Shown: positions 21,177 to 30,514 of the stretch, in pieces
How the letters are laid out: every line of letters begins with the position of its first letter
Numbering within the stretch: position 1 is the first letter of the stretch
Assembly (NCBI GenBank): GCA_963795085.1
Contig: CAWCFX010000006.1
Location: 672,001-736,000, forward strand
DNA: 64,000 nucleotides
DNA from: an uncultured Gemmatimonadales bacterium
GTDB lineage: Bacteria; Gemmatimonadota; Gemmatimonadetes; Gemmatimonadales; GWC2-71-9
Direction: 5' to 3'
The notes under the pieces: model-generated
Seen by the model: the letters and a program-made list of their open reading frames with translations, nothing else
Told to the model about the DNA's origin: nothing
The model's database searches: none
Program-made: the position numbers and the translations under genes

Positions 21177-22219
21177 CCCTGCGGGTGCTCGCCATCGAAA
21201 CGTCGTGCGACGAGACCTCTGCCGCCGTGCTGAGCACGGCCGCGGCCGGGACCCGGCTCGACAGCCTGGTCATCCTGTCCCAGGATATCCACGCCGTGTT
21301 CGGCGGGGTGGTCCCGGAACTGGCCAGCCGGGCCCATCTCCGGACCATCGCTTCAGTGGTGGACCAGGCCCTGGAGCGGGCCGGGATCTCCCTGGACGAT
21401 GTCGGTGCGGTCGCAGTCACGGCGGGGCCCGGACTGGTGGGCGCCCTGCTGGTGGGGGTGATGTACGGCAAGACCCTGGCGCTGGCGCGGAACCTTCCGC
21501 TCATCGGCGTCCACCACATGGAGGGCCATCTCTTCGCCGCGACACTGGAAGACCCGGCCTTTGCCCCGCCCTTTGTCGGACTGCTGGTAAGCGGGGGGCA
21601 CACCATGCTGCTCGACGTGCCCCGCTGGGGCGAGTATCGGCTGCTGGGACAGACCCGCGACGATGCGGCGGGAGAAGCCTTCGACAAGGTCTCGACCCTG
21701 CTGGGACTGGGATACCCCGGAGGACCGGTCATCGAACGGCTGGCCGCCACCGGGCAGCCCGGCCGCTATGACTTCCCCCGGCCCATGCTGCGCGAGCTCG
21801 AGAAAACCGGCGGCGCCCGCTACGAATTTTCGTTCAGCGGGCTCAAGACCGCGGTGCTTCGCGCCGTGAAGGCCTCGGCCGACCTCGCCACCGACCGGCC
21901 TCATCTGGCCCGGGGGTTCCAGGACGCGGTGCTCGATGTCCTGGTGGAAAAGACCGCGCACGCGACCGAATTTCTGGGATACTCCACCGCGATGCTCGGC
22001 GGCGGCGTCGCCTGCAACCGGACCCTGGCCGATCGCCTGAGGACCCGGCTGGGAAGCACCGTGCGGGTCGTGGCGGCTACGCCGCGGCTCAACACCGATA
22101 ACGCGGGCATGATCGGCGCAGCGGGCGCCTGGCGGCTGGCCCGCGGCGAACGGAGCGGGCTCGACCTGGAACCGAAAGCTGACCTGGCGTTTCCTGGACT
22201 GGTCAGCGCGGCGCCCTGA
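21173..22219 (+). CDS. tsaD: tRNA N6-threonylcarbamoyladenosine synthase TsaD
   Basis: IETSCDET, GGVVPELASRAH, HHMEGH, SGGHT, DDAAGEAFDK, TDNAGMI. Confidence 0.97.
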   Translation: MTLRVLAIETSCDETSAAVLSTAAAGTRLDSLVILSQDIHAVFGGVVPELASRAHLRTIASVVDQALERAGISLDDVGAVAVTAGPGLVGALLVGVMYGKTLALARNLPLIGVHHMEGHLFAATLEDPAFAPPFVGLLVSGGHTMLLDVPRWGEYRLLGQTRDDAAGEAFDKVSTLLGLGYPGGPVIERLAATGQPGRYDFPRPMLRELEKTGGARYEFSFSGLKTAVLRAVKASADLATDRPHLARGFQDAVLDVLVEKTAHATEFLGYSTAMLGGGVACNRTLADRLRTRLGSTVRVVAATPRLNTDNAGMIGAAGAWRLARGERSGLDLEPKADLAFPGLVSAAP

Positions 22220-22262
22220 CGAATCGCCAATCGTTTCGACCATTCATTCACCCAAAGGCTCC

Positions 22263-23126
22263 ATGGACGTCTACCCTTTCATCCTCGACCTGGGCCCCCT
22301 CGAAATCACCGGCTACGGCCTCATGATGATGGTGGGCTTCCTCGCCGGCGGCTGGCTGCTCGGGCTTGAACTGCGCCGCCAGGGGCTCCGCGAGGATTAC
22401 GCGGCCGAGATCACCATCGCCGCGGTGATTGGCGGAGTGATCGGGGCCAAGCTCTGGTACGTCGCGCTGACCCGCGACATGGATGCCCTGCTCTCCCGGG
22501 GAGGCCTGGTCTGGTACGGCGGCCTCATCGGGGGCACCATCGCGGTCGTGCTCAACGGATGGCGGCTCCGGGTGCCCACCCGGTGGACCGCTCACCTGGC
22601 GGCCCCCGCGCTTGCCGCCAGCTATGCGCTGGGACGGGTCGGGTGCTTCCTCGTCAACGACGACTACGGCGTGCCGACCAGCCTGCCCTGGGGCGTGCGG
22701 TTCCGGCAGGGCCTGCCCCCCTCCACCGCGGAAAACATGCAGTCCCTGTTCGGCATCCCCGTCCCGCCGGGCGTGGATCCGGGGACCGTCCTGGCCGTGC
22801 ATCCCACCCAGATCTACGAAACCATCGCCATGCTGCTGGCCTTCGCGGTGCTGTGGCGGCTCCGGAAAAAGGAGTGGGGGACCGGTGCGCTATTCGGCGT
22901 CTACCTGATGTTCGCCGGCGTGGAGCGCTTCCTGGTGGAGTTCGTTCGCGCCAAGGATGATCGCTTTCTCGGCGCCTTCACCATCGCGCAGCTCACCAGC
23001 CTCATCCTCGTGGCCATCGGCGTGGCGGTCTGGAGCCGGCTGAAGTCGGCACCGCCCGCGGATCCGGGCGCCTATCTCCAGAATCGTCAGCCCGCCGAAG
23101 CAGTCAAACCTTCGACAGTGAGCTAA
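22263..23126 (+). CDS. lgt: Prolipoprotein diacylglyceryl transferase
   Basis: YGLM, GGLVWYGG, GRVGCF, HPTQIYE, RFLVEFVR. Confidence 0.93.
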   Translation: MDVYPFILDLGPLEITGYGLMMMVGFLAGGWLLGLELRRQGLREDYAAEITIAAVIGGVIGAKLWYVALTRDMDALLSRGGLVWYGGLIGGTIAVVLNGWRLRVPTRWTAHLAAPALAASYALGRVGCFLVNDDYGVPTSLPWGVRFRQGLPPSTAENMQSLFGIPVPPGVDPGTVLAVHPTQIYETIAMLLAFAVLWRLRKKEWGTGALFGVYLMFAGVERFLVEFVRAKDDRFLGAFTIAQLTSLILVAIGVAVWSRLKSAPPADPGAYLQNRQPAEAVKPSTVS

Positions 23127-23220
23127 GTGCAGACAGCGTAAGCGGCTGAGTTGGCGGGGGGCCTGAGCGTCAAAGAACCGAACGACTGGAGGCCACAACG
23201 GCAGCCCGTTACAGATGATT

Positions 23221-23245
23221 TAAGTCGTTACATATAAATAAGTTA
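23221..23245. promoter_or_regulatory. AT-rich IHF-like site / 25-bp imperfect palindrome
   Basis: TAAGTCGTT-N7-AATAAGTTA; TATAAATAAGTTA (23233-23245) is one mismatch from WATCAANNNNTTR and lies just upstream of a sigma54 promoter. Confidence 0.55.
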
Positions 23246-23260
23246 CCCTTTCACCCTCAG

Positions 23261-23276
23261 TGGCACCCGACTTGCT
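23261..23276 (+). promoter_or_regulatory. Sigma54 (-24/-12) promoter
   Basis: TGGCAC-CCGAC-TTGCT is an exact match to TGGCAC-N5-TTGCW, in an intergenic gap. Confidence 0.8.
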
Positions 23277-23286
23277 TTGTATCGGA

Positions 23287-23425
23287 CCGACGTCCGGAAG
23301 GTCGGACCCGGAAAGTGGCAGGTCGAAGAAGAGTGGAGCGGGCACATCCGTCCGTTTCCGTTAACTCAGGGGGCGATCTGTCACCCATTGTGAAGAAACC
23401 CGCGGATATGTCCGCGGGTTTTTTC
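23287..23425 (+). ncRNA. Candidate sigma54-dependent small RNA (~140 nt)
   Basis: Bounded by the sigma54 promoter and an intrinsic terminator; several hairpins; no credible ORF. Confidence 0.55.
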
Positions 23426-23430
23426 GTTTT
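23396..23430 (+). terminator. Intrinsic terminator (possibly bidirectional)
   Basis: AAACCCGCGGA-TATG-TCCGCGGGTTT, 11-bp stem followed by a T tract. Confidence 0.85.
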
Positions 23431-23453
23431 CGGCTCTGTGCGGTCCGGCGTTC

Positions 23454-25583
23454 TTACTTCCGAGAACCGGCCCGGCTCCCCAGTTTCTGCTTCAACCGCT
23501 CTACCTCCGCGCGCAACTCGGCCAGATCGGCGTCCATTCGTTCGAGCGAGCGGATGATATCCCGGTCCACCTGGCTTTGGGAGGCGGGCGGGCGCGGCTC
23601 CACCCGCGGCTTGACCGGATCGGGAACCCGCTGGCTGGTGACCTTGAGCCGGCGCGGCTCGATCACGAACGTCCACAGGACGGCGACCAGGAAGAGCAGC
23701 AGCAGAACGCCCTGGGCTGCCAGCGTTTCGACGGTGGGGTAGATCCCCATCCCCGGGATGCGAGGCGCCCAGTTCACCGGCGTGTAGGACATGAGGCCGC
23801 CCTCCTGCAATTCGACGATGCCCTTGCCGGCGAAGACAAACGCCATGTAGTACAGGAACGCACTGGTCACCGCGAAAAACGGCTTGAGCGGAATTCGCAC
23901 CCCGAACCGGTTGATCGCGTAATACACCGCCACCAGGATGATGGACCCCGCCCCGATGCCGGCAATGACCGGCATGACGCCGGCATCGGGGCCCCCCGCC
24001 AGGAACAGGGCCTTGTAGAACAGCACCGTTTCGAACCCCTCCCGGTAGACCGCCAGGAACGCCACCGACGCCAGCGCGAGCGCGGAGCCGCTGGTAAGGG
24101 CATCCTCGACTTTGGCCTTCACAAACCGGTTCCAGCGGCCCACCTCCATCTTGGACAGGAGCCAGTAGCTGACGTAGAACAGCATCACGACCGCGAACAT
24201 CATCGTGATGCCCTCGAGCGCCTCCTGCCGGCCCGGGGAGAGGCGGATCAGGGTCGTCAGCACCACTGCGGTGAGCAGGCTTGCCAAGATGGCCGCGCCG
24301 GCGCCAATGTGGATGTCCCGCTTGCGATGGCCGGCCCCCATCTTCATCAGCATGGTGACCAGCGCGCCCAGGATCAGGATCGCCTCCAACCCCTCCCGCA
24401 GCATCAGGCCAAAGGAACTGACGAACAGATTGGCCGGCGACATGGTGTCGCCCAGGGATCGTTCCGCCTTCTCCAGCCCCGCCAGGATGCTGGAACGAAT
24501 GATTTGGATCTCCTGCGCGGTCGCCCCGCCGGCCACCCGGGTGCGCAGCGAGGCGAACGCCGTTTCCAGGTCCGCCGCGAGGCCGTTGTCCTGGGCCCGC
24601 ACCTGGGGTTCAACCTGTTCGAACGTCATGTAGGCGTCGAAGGCGGTCGCACTCGCGGCATCGCCCCGGCCCAGCGCCGCCAGCGCCAAGGCCGAATCCA
24701 CCTGCTCCCGCACCTGGGCGAAAATGGGCCCGGCGGCGTTGCCGGCCGTCGCAACCAGCTGATAATTCCGGACCGCGGCAACCTGGGAGAGGGCCGCCGC
24801 CGCGGACGGGTCCGTCCCCGGCACCAGGGCCCGGGCCAGTTCCTCATCGCTCATCCGGGCCGAGGTGGCAAAGGCGCGGAGCGCGGGCGGAACTTCGCCG
24901 GTGGGCGCCGGCAGCCGCAGCACGGTCGCATAGGCGGCCGCGGCCCACCGGTCCTCGAACGAAAGCCGGCTCTCATAGCCCGGCATCGCGGTGCCCGTCA
25001 CCCCGATGGTGATCTTGTGGAAGTAGTCGAGCGGGGTGACGTCCCGGAGCGCGTTGGCGTCGGCCAGGTTGGCCGGCAGGGGATCCAGGCCGGTGGCGGC
25101 GGGACCGTCGCCGCGGCCGAGGGTTCCATGGCAACTGGCGCAGTTGGCCTGGTAGACCTCCGCGCCCCGGGCCAGCGTGGGAAGCCGGGCAGGAAACTCA
25201 TCCAGCGAAACACCCAGCCGCTGAGCGAGCTGGGTGGAAAATGCGCCGACCCGGGCCGCCACCGAATCACCCGGCGCCAGCCGGGCAACCATGGCCAGGA
25301 TCGCGTCCAATTCGACGGCGGCCGAGCGGCTCAACTCGGGAGGGAGCAGCCCGGCGGTCCGCCTCGCTTCGGTCAGGAAGAGCGTGGCTTCTTCGACCTC
25401 GGCGGGAAGGACAACCTTGCCGTGCTGTACGCCGAGCCGATACTCCTGCGCCGCCAATCGGGCAGTGGCGGCGATGCGGCGCACCGATTGAGTATGGTCG
25501 CCGCCGGCCGGGACAGGTTGCTGAAAGATGACCAGGCTGGCCAGGACAAGGCTCGGCAGCCCACTAATGAGAACCATTCTCAA
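23454..25583 (-). CDS. Cytochrome c / FTR1 iron permease fusion
   Basis: CASCHG heme motif; two REGxE motifs (LREGLE, YREGFE); TM helices; start TTG 25583 or ATG 25577. Confidence 0.92.
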   Translation of the reverse strand: MRMVLISGLPSLVLASLVIFQQPVPAGGDHTQSVRRIAATARLAAQEYRLGVQHGKVVLPAEVEEATLFLTEARRTAGLLPPELSRSAAVELDAILAMVARLAPGDSVAARVGAFSTQLAQRLGVSLDEFPARLPTLARGAEVYQANCASCHGTLGRGDGPAATGLDPLPANLADANALRDVTPLDYFHKITIGVTGTAMPGYESRLSFEDRWAAAAYATVLRLPAPTGEVPPALRAFATSARMSDEELARALVPGTDPSAAAALSQVAAVRNYQLVATAGNAAGPIFAQVREQVDSALALAALGRGDAASATAFDAYMTFEQVEPQVRAQDNGLAADLETAFASLRTRVAGGATAQEIQIIRSSILAGLEKAERSLGDTMSPANLFVSSFGLMLREGLEAILILGALVTMLMKMGAGHRKRDIHIGAGAAILASLLTAVVLTTLIRLSPGRQEALEGITMMFAVVMLFYVSYWLLSKMEVGRWNRFVKAKVEDALTSGSALALASVAFLAVYREGFETVLFYKALFLAGGPDAGVMPVIAGIGAGSIILVAVYYAINRFGVRIPLKPFFAVTSAFLYYMAFVFAGKGIVELQEGGLMSYTPVNWAPRIPGMGIYPTVETLAAQGVLLLLFLVAVLWTFVIEPRRLKVTSQRVPDPVKPRVEPRPPASQSQVDRDIIRSLERMDADLAELRAEVERLKQKLGSRAGSRK

Positions 25584-25584
25584 T
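25566..25584. promoter_or_regulatory. Putative Fur box
   Basis: AATGAGAAC-C-ATTCTCAAT inverted repeat resembling TGATAAT-N-ATTATCA; AT-rich island at the start of an iron permease. Confidence 0.7.
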
Positions 25585-25645
25585 CCGTTTGGGGAACCGC
25601 CGTAAAACTAGAGCTAACCAGCCGGGATGGCAATGGGTTGAGACT

Positions 25646-26038
25646 CTACGTGGAGGTCTTGACCAGGAGGGCTACCGCACCGGCGGTGGTGTCTGTATGG
25701 GAGAGAGAGAGGTGTATCTCGAGCGGACCATAGAGGTCGGCCAGCCGCTGGGCGGCGTTGTGAAGGCGGAGCGCCGGACGTCCATCGACGTGGCGGAGCA
25801 CCTCGAGATCCTGCCACCCCACGGCGCGGGCATCGGGGAGGGATTGCAGCGCCTTGTAGGCCGCTTCCTTGGCGGCGATCCGGGCGGCCACGGCGCGGGC
25901 GGGCGTGTGCAGGGTAGCGATGTAGGCCCGTTCCCGCTCGGTCAGCAGCTTCTTGATGACCCGCTGCCCCTTGTCCTTCATCATCTGTTCGATGCGATGG
26001 ACGTCCACGAGGTCGATCCCAATGCCGATAACGTTCAT
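25646..26038 (-). CDS. acpS: Holo-ACP synthase
   Basis: GIGIDLVD, ARIAAKEAAYKAL, GRP, LSLSHT. Confidence 0.95.
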   Translation of the reverse strand: MNVIGIGIDLVDVHRIEQMMKDKGQRVIKKLLTERERAYIATLHTPARAVAARIAAKEAAYKALQSLPDARAVGWQDLEVLRHVDGRPALRLHNAAQRLADLYGPLEIHLSLSHTDTTAGAVALLVKTST

Positions 26039-26808
26039 GCCGGCTCCACGAGGCGATCCCACCACTGCCACCACCAGTCGGCGACGCGGTCCAGGAACGG
26101 GGGTCCCGGAAGATAGCCGCCGATGACGAGCCCCGCGTACACCAGCAGAGCAATGACCGCGGCGCTGACCGCCCAGAGTACCCAGCGTGACCGGCGCCAG
26201 CTGCGGACAGAATTCTCCAGCGGAGACCACCGGTCCCATTCCTCGAGGGCGGCCTGTTCCAGGTCGAGCCAGGCGGCCTCGAGGCTCCGGGCCGCCGTGG
26301 TCAGGGACTCCCGCCACCGGTCGCCCGCTGCCCGGTCGAGCACCCCGGCTTCGCGCATCCGGTGGCCCTCCCGATCCAGGTCCACGAGGCCCTCGGCCAA
26401 CGCGAATCCCGCCCTTCCCAACCGGGCGGCCACCGCGCGTTTCTCGGCATCGGTCAGCAGCACTTTGCGAAGGGTGCGGCGGGGAATGAGGGATTCGTGC
26501 GCCGCGGCCAGCAGCCTCGCATCGATCGCGGTCGCCATGGTTTCGGCGGCGGCCCGGGCCGCCGCCTCCCATGCGGCCAGCCAGGCGGCGCGTCCCAGGG
26601 CGTCCACCGCGGCCTGGCGGTCGCCGGCGGAACTCCACGAACGGGCGTCGGCGGCCAGCTCAAAGATCGCCGTCGCCAGGTCGAGCCGAATGGCATCGAG
26701 GGGAACCGGCGTATGCGGCGGCCCCGAGGGCAGCGCGATACGGCCCAGTGAGGAGCCGAGCTCCGGAATGAGAACGGCCGAGGAAACCCGGACCGGGCTA
26801 CCGGTCAT
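26035..26808 (-). CDS. Hypothetical helical protein with C-terminal TM segment
   Basis: Stop overlaps the acpS ATG; hydrophobic WVLWAVSAAVIALLVYAGLVIGG. Confidence 0.7.
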   Translation of the reverse strand: MTGSPVRVSSAVLIPELGSSLGRIALPSGPPHTPVPLDAIRLDLATAIFELAADARSWSSAGDRQAAVDALGRAAWLAAWEAAARAAAETMATAIDARLLAAAHESLIPRRTLRKVLLTDAEKRAVAARLGRAGFALAEGLVDLDREGHRMREAGVLDRAAGDRWRESLTTAARSLEAAWLDLEQAALEEWDRWSPLENSVRSWRRSRWVLWAVSAAVIALLVYAGLVIGGYLPGPPFLDRVADWWWQWWDRLVEPA

Positions 26809-27376
26809 GGAAATCGGCCATCTCGGCCCGGCGTCCGGTCCGCCGTTCAAAACGAGCCACGAAGTCGGCGAGTGAGTCAGCCATGAACTGGTCCCGGGGG
26901 ATCCCGCTGGTTTCGATCGCCCGCTCGATGGCGGCGGGCGGCCCTTCGATCTCGACCAGTACGTCCATCAGGGGGTAGTGTTCCAGCCGGACCGTGGCGG
27001 CCCCCACCCGGTAGGTGCGAATCCGGCGCGAAATGGCATGCACAACGGTGTAGCCGAGGGCCAGGAGGAGAGCGTCAGGCGGGCCTTCGGAGACGGTGTA
27101 CTCCAGTTCCTCCCGGCGCTTGTAGCCTTCGCGGGTCACCGTGGTGGGGCCCTTCCAGCCGAGCACCGAAACCGGCGCGCCCGATTCCGGCAGCATCAGC
27201 CGGGTGCGAAGCACCCCGTCTCCGGAGCCGAGCTCGCCACTCCGGTCGTAGCGGCGGTCCTCCATCCGGCCCGCGAAGGCCAGTGTCGCCCCGGCGGCTT
27301 CCAGCCTTTGCACCAGGCCGTGGGGATCGGCGACGACCGCCTTCAGTTCCAGCTCTTCGTGGGCCGGGAGGATCAC
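26798..27376 (-). CDS. CYTH-domain protein (class IV adenylate cyclase-like)
   Basis: ELELK motif, LRTR, WKGP, REELE, LVEIEG. Confidence 0.85.
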   Translation of the reverse strand: MILPAHEELELKAVVADPHGLVQRLEAAGATLAFAGRMEDRRYDRSGELGSGDGVLRTRLMLPESGAPVSVLGWKGPTTVTREGYKRREELEYTVSEGPPDALLLALGYTVVHAISRRIRTYRVGAATVRLEHYPLMDVLVEIEGPPAAIERAIETSGIPRDQFMADSLADFVARFERRTGRRAEMADFHDR

Positions 27377-27379
27377 CGG

Positions 27380-28078
27380 CTACGCTCCAAAGATGGCATC
27401 GAGAACCGCCGCTGTTTCACTGAGGTCGCTGAAGACGGCGTGGGCGCCCGCCGCTTTCAGTTCCGCAGTGGAATACGCGCCGGTGGCGACTCCGATCGCG
27501 CGGGCGCCGATGCAGGCACCGCAGGTGACATCGGCCGGGGTGTCCCCCACGATCACGACCTCCTGCCCGGCCGGAATCCGCCCGAAGAACGCCTCCGCCC
27601 GCAGTGCGGCAATCGGCGGGAGGTCGGCCCGCTTCGAGGCGTCCGACCCGTAAGCACCCACCCGGAATCGGGCTGGATCGATGCCGCCGCTCTGGAGCTT
27701 GAGAGCGGCGCCCTCGACGAAATTCCCGGTCAGGAGGCCGTTCACCGCCAGCGGGTCCCGGTCCACTTCATCCAGCAGGGGAAGGATACCCGGCATGAGG
27801 GTGGTGCGATGCCCGGGACGCGCCAGTTCCTGCCGCAGCAGGTCCACGTATTTCCGTCCCAGGGCCCGGACCCGGTCGGCCGGCGGCTCTTCTCCCATCC
27901 CCGCGGCCAGCAGTAACTCGGCCAGGATCTGGGGGTCGGTCTTGCCGTCGAAGCGGATCTCCTGCCAGGCATCATGGGTGCCCACCTCCTCGGAGAGGGC
28001 GGCGATGATGGCCCGCCGGCCCGCCCCGTCGGAGAGGAGGATGGTCCCGTCGATATCGAACAACACCAGTTTCTTCAT
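27380..28078 (-). CDS. HAD-superfamily hydrolase
   Basis: LFDIDGT, GKTD, LLTGN, VGDTPADV. Confidence 0.92.
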   Translation of the reverse strand: MKKLVLFDIDGTILLSDGAGRRAIIAALSEEVGTHDAWQEIRFDGKTDPQILAELLLAAGMGEEPPADRVRALGRKYVDLLRQELARPGHRTTLMPGILPLLDEVDRDPLAVNGLLTGNFVEGAALKLQSGGIDPARFRVGAYGSDASKRADLPPIAALRAEAFFGRIPAGQEVVIVGDTPADVTCGACIGARAIGVATGAYSTAELKAAGAHAVFSDLSETAAVLDAIFGA

Positions 28079-28869
28079 GACGGGCCCGGGTCGGGGATGC
28101 GGCGGATGGCTGCGAGGTGGCCGCGCAGGAATGCGGCGCGGGATCCGGGTCCCCATGACTCCACCACGAACCCCCCGCAGGCGAGCGTGGAATGCACCAG
28201 GGTCTGGTCCTCGCCGGCGAACGCGACATGGGTAATCCGGCCGCCCGATTCGCTGAAAAACAGCAGGTCGCCCGGTTCGATCCCATCGGCCGGCACCGGG
28301 AGCCCCTGGCCGGCCTGCTCCTGGGAATCGCGCGGGAGCCGGAGTCCCCGGGCCGCGAACGTGGTCTGGACCAGCCCGGAGCAGTCCACGCCCCACGGCG
28401 TGATGCCGCCCCAGTGATAGGCCGACCCGGAAAAATGGGCCACGGCCCAGTCGATTGGCCGCAGCGCCCGGGCGGCGCGATAGAGCGCCTCGCGCCGGTG
28501 CAAGGCGCCCGCGACCAGCCGCCCCCGGCGGCCGGAAGCCACCTCGTATTCGTCGTCAACGGCGGCCGCCCGGCCCAGCAGCGGCAGCAGGATCCTCCGC
28601 CCGCCGGCTTCCTCGAGAATCGCGTCCTCCGCGAGAAATTCGCTGCGAGCGGTCCAGCGCGAGGCGGCGGCCTCCGGCACCAGGTCGAGGTAGCCGCGGT
28701 GCACCCAGCCCTGGTAGCCGTCCTGGTGCCGCTCGATGCGGAACCAGGGCGCCTGCTCCTCCGCGACGGTCGCGGTCTCCCCGCTCAGCAGCTGGGAGAT
28801 CAGCTCCGACCGCGGATTGGGCTCCTTCATGAGGGGGGCCAGCGCGGCGAGGACGATGGCGTGGGTCAT
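28075..28869 (-). CDS. SH3b + NlpC/P60 peptidase (YkfC-like)
   Basis: SQLLSGE, DGYQGWV, YHWGG...GVDCSG, LPRDS.EQ, GDLLFF, HVA. Confidence 0.9.
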   Translation of the reverse strand: MTHAIVLAALAPLMKEPNPRSELISQLLSGETATVAEEQAPWFRIERHQDGYQGWVHRGYLDLVPEAAASRWTARSEFLAEDAILEEAGGRRILLPLLGRAAAVDDEYEVASGRRGRLVAGALHRREALYRAARALRPIDWAVAHFSGSAYHWGGITPWGVDCSGLVQTTFAARGLRLPRDSQEQAGQGLPVPADGIEPGDLLFFSESGGRITHVAFAGEDQTLVHSTLACGGFVVESWGPGSRAAFLRGHLAAIRRIPDPGPS

Positions 28870-28894
28870 GGCGAGCGGTGCGGGAGGCAGACGG

Positions 28895-29089
28895 TCAGGT
28901 CGGAGGACCCTTCCGCTCCCCGGCCTGCGGGGCCGGCTCGGCGCAAACGGTACATAGGGTCACCCCCCGGAAGGTGCAGATCAGGCAGAGAAAGGTGCCG
29001 CAGCTGGTGCAGGGATACCCTTCCGAGGCGCGCTCCTCGTTGCCGCAGAAGCGGCAGACCATCGCATCGTGCTCCCTGGTCTCGGTCAT
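28895..29089 (-). CDS. 64-aa Cys-rich protein (four CxxC pairs)
   Basis: CRFC, CTSC, CLIC, CTVC; starts 2 nt after the regulator stop. Confidence 0.75.
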   Translation of the reverse strand: MTETREHDAMVCRFCGNEERASEGYPCTSCGTFLCLICTFRGVTLCTVCAEPAPQAGERKGPPT

Positions 29090-29091
29090 GG

Positions 29092-30438
29092 TCAGACCGG
29101 AATGGAGTAGCGCTTGATCTTGTTGATCAGCGTGGCCCGTGAGATCCCCAGTTCCACCGCGGAGCGGGTCCGGTTTCCGGAGTGGTGGCGCAGGGTGCGT
29201 TCAATGTGCTGCCGCTCGAGGTCGTCCAGGGTCAGCGGGTTATGCCGGCGGTCGCCGGGGCCGGCACGGGCGCGAAACTCACCGGGCAGGTGCTCCACCG
29301 AAATCTCCGATTTGCCCTGGGCCAGGATCAGGGCCCGCTCCAGCACGTTGCGGATCTCCCGGACGTTGCCGGGCCAGTTGTAGCTCAGCATGCGTTCCAG
29401 GCCATCGGCCGAGATGGCATCCGGGCCGCCCGGGACCTGGGTGCGCAGGTCGCCGAGCAGGCGGCTGATGAGGCCGAGCCGGTCCTCGCGGGAACGATCC
29501 CGGACCGCCGGCATGTGCAGCGGCATGACGCTCAGCCGGTAATAGAGATCTTCGCGGAACCGCCCCGACTCCACCTCGACGGCCACGTCCTTGTTGGTCG
29601 CGGCGATGAGCCGAACGTCCACGTTCAACTCCCGGGTTCCGCCCAGCCGCCGGAAGCTCTTCGTCTCCAGGACCTTGAGCAGCTTGGGCTGGAGCTCGAT
29701 GGCCAGGTCGCCGATTTCGTCCAGGAAGATGGTCCCATGGTCGGCGATCTCGAAGAGCCCCTGCTTGCGGTCCTTGGCGTCCGTAAAGGCGCCCTTCTCG
29801 TGCCCGAACAGTTCCGAGTCGAGAAAGGTGGCGCTCAGTCCGCCGGCGTTGACCTCCACGAAGGGCGCCCGGGCCCGCGGACTCAGGTTGTGAATCATCC
29901 GGGCGACCCACCCCTTGCCGGTGCCGCTCTCGCCCACCAGCAGGACGGTGGTCCGCTCACTCTGGGCCAGCAGCCCCACCTGGCGGGCGAGTTCCTGCAT
30001 GGCGGGCGAGCGGCCCAGGGAATCGAGTCCCTGTCCCGGCGACACCTGCGACTGGAGCAGCGCGTTCACGCGGCGGAGCCGCACCTTGTCGCCGGCCCGC
30101 GCGGCCGCCGCCGCCAGGTGGGCCATGTCCACCGGCTTGCTGAGGAAGTTCTCCGCGCCCAGCTGCATGGCCTTCACGGCGGTGGGAATGTCGCTCTGGC
30201 CGGTGAGCAGGATGACCGCGGCGCCCCGCTCCCGCAGCCGCTCCAGCACCTCGAGGCCGTCCATCCCGGGCAGGTGCAGATCGAGGATCACCACTTCGGG
30301 ACGCACCCGGTCATAGGCGGCCAGGCCGGCTTCCCCGCTCAGTTCCCGGGCCACTTCGTATCCCACGTGCTCGAAGTAGTTGCCGATGGAGCGGAGAATC
30401 TCCACGTCGTCGTCGATCAGCAGTACGGAATCAGCCAA
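29092..30438 (-). CDS. Sigma54-dependent response regulator (NtrC/AtoC family)
   Basis: REC domain, GESGTGK, ELFGHEKGAFTDA, FLDEIG, WPGNVRE, C-terminal HTH; TTG start after GGAGG. Confidence 0.95.
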   Translation of the reverse strand: MADSVLLIDDDVEILRSIGNYFEHVGYEVARELSGEAGLAAYDRVRPEVVILDLHLPGMDGLEVLERLRERGAAVILLTGQSDIPTAVKAMQLGAENFLSKPVDMAHLAAAAARAGDKVRLRRVNALLQSQVSPGQGLDSLGRSPAMQELARQVGLLAQSERTTVLLVGESGTGKGWVARMIHNLSPRARAPFVEVNAGGLSATFLDSELFGHEKGAFTDAKDRKQGLFEIADHGTIFLDEIGDLAIELQPKLLKVLETKSFRRLGGTRELNVDVRLIAATNKDVAVEVESGRFREDLYYRLSVMPLHMPAVRDRSREDRLGLISRLLGDLRTQVPGGPDAISADGLERMLSYNWPGNVREIRNVLERALILAQGKSEISVEHLPGEFRARAGPGDRRHNPLTLDDLERQHIERTLRHHSGNRTRSAVELGISRATLINKIKRYSIPV

Positions 30439-30514
30439 GGGTACCTCCAGGACAGCTTGGGAGCTGCGCGGCGGGGAAGTGGCTAAGAATGGCGGTAGTC
30501 ACCGATGTCGTCAA

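Noticed and set aside
26798..27376. Cyclic-nucleotide anti-phage signalling (CBASS/Pycsar-like)
   Set aside because: Ordinary CYTH protein in a housekeeping operon with acpS; no recognisable effector.
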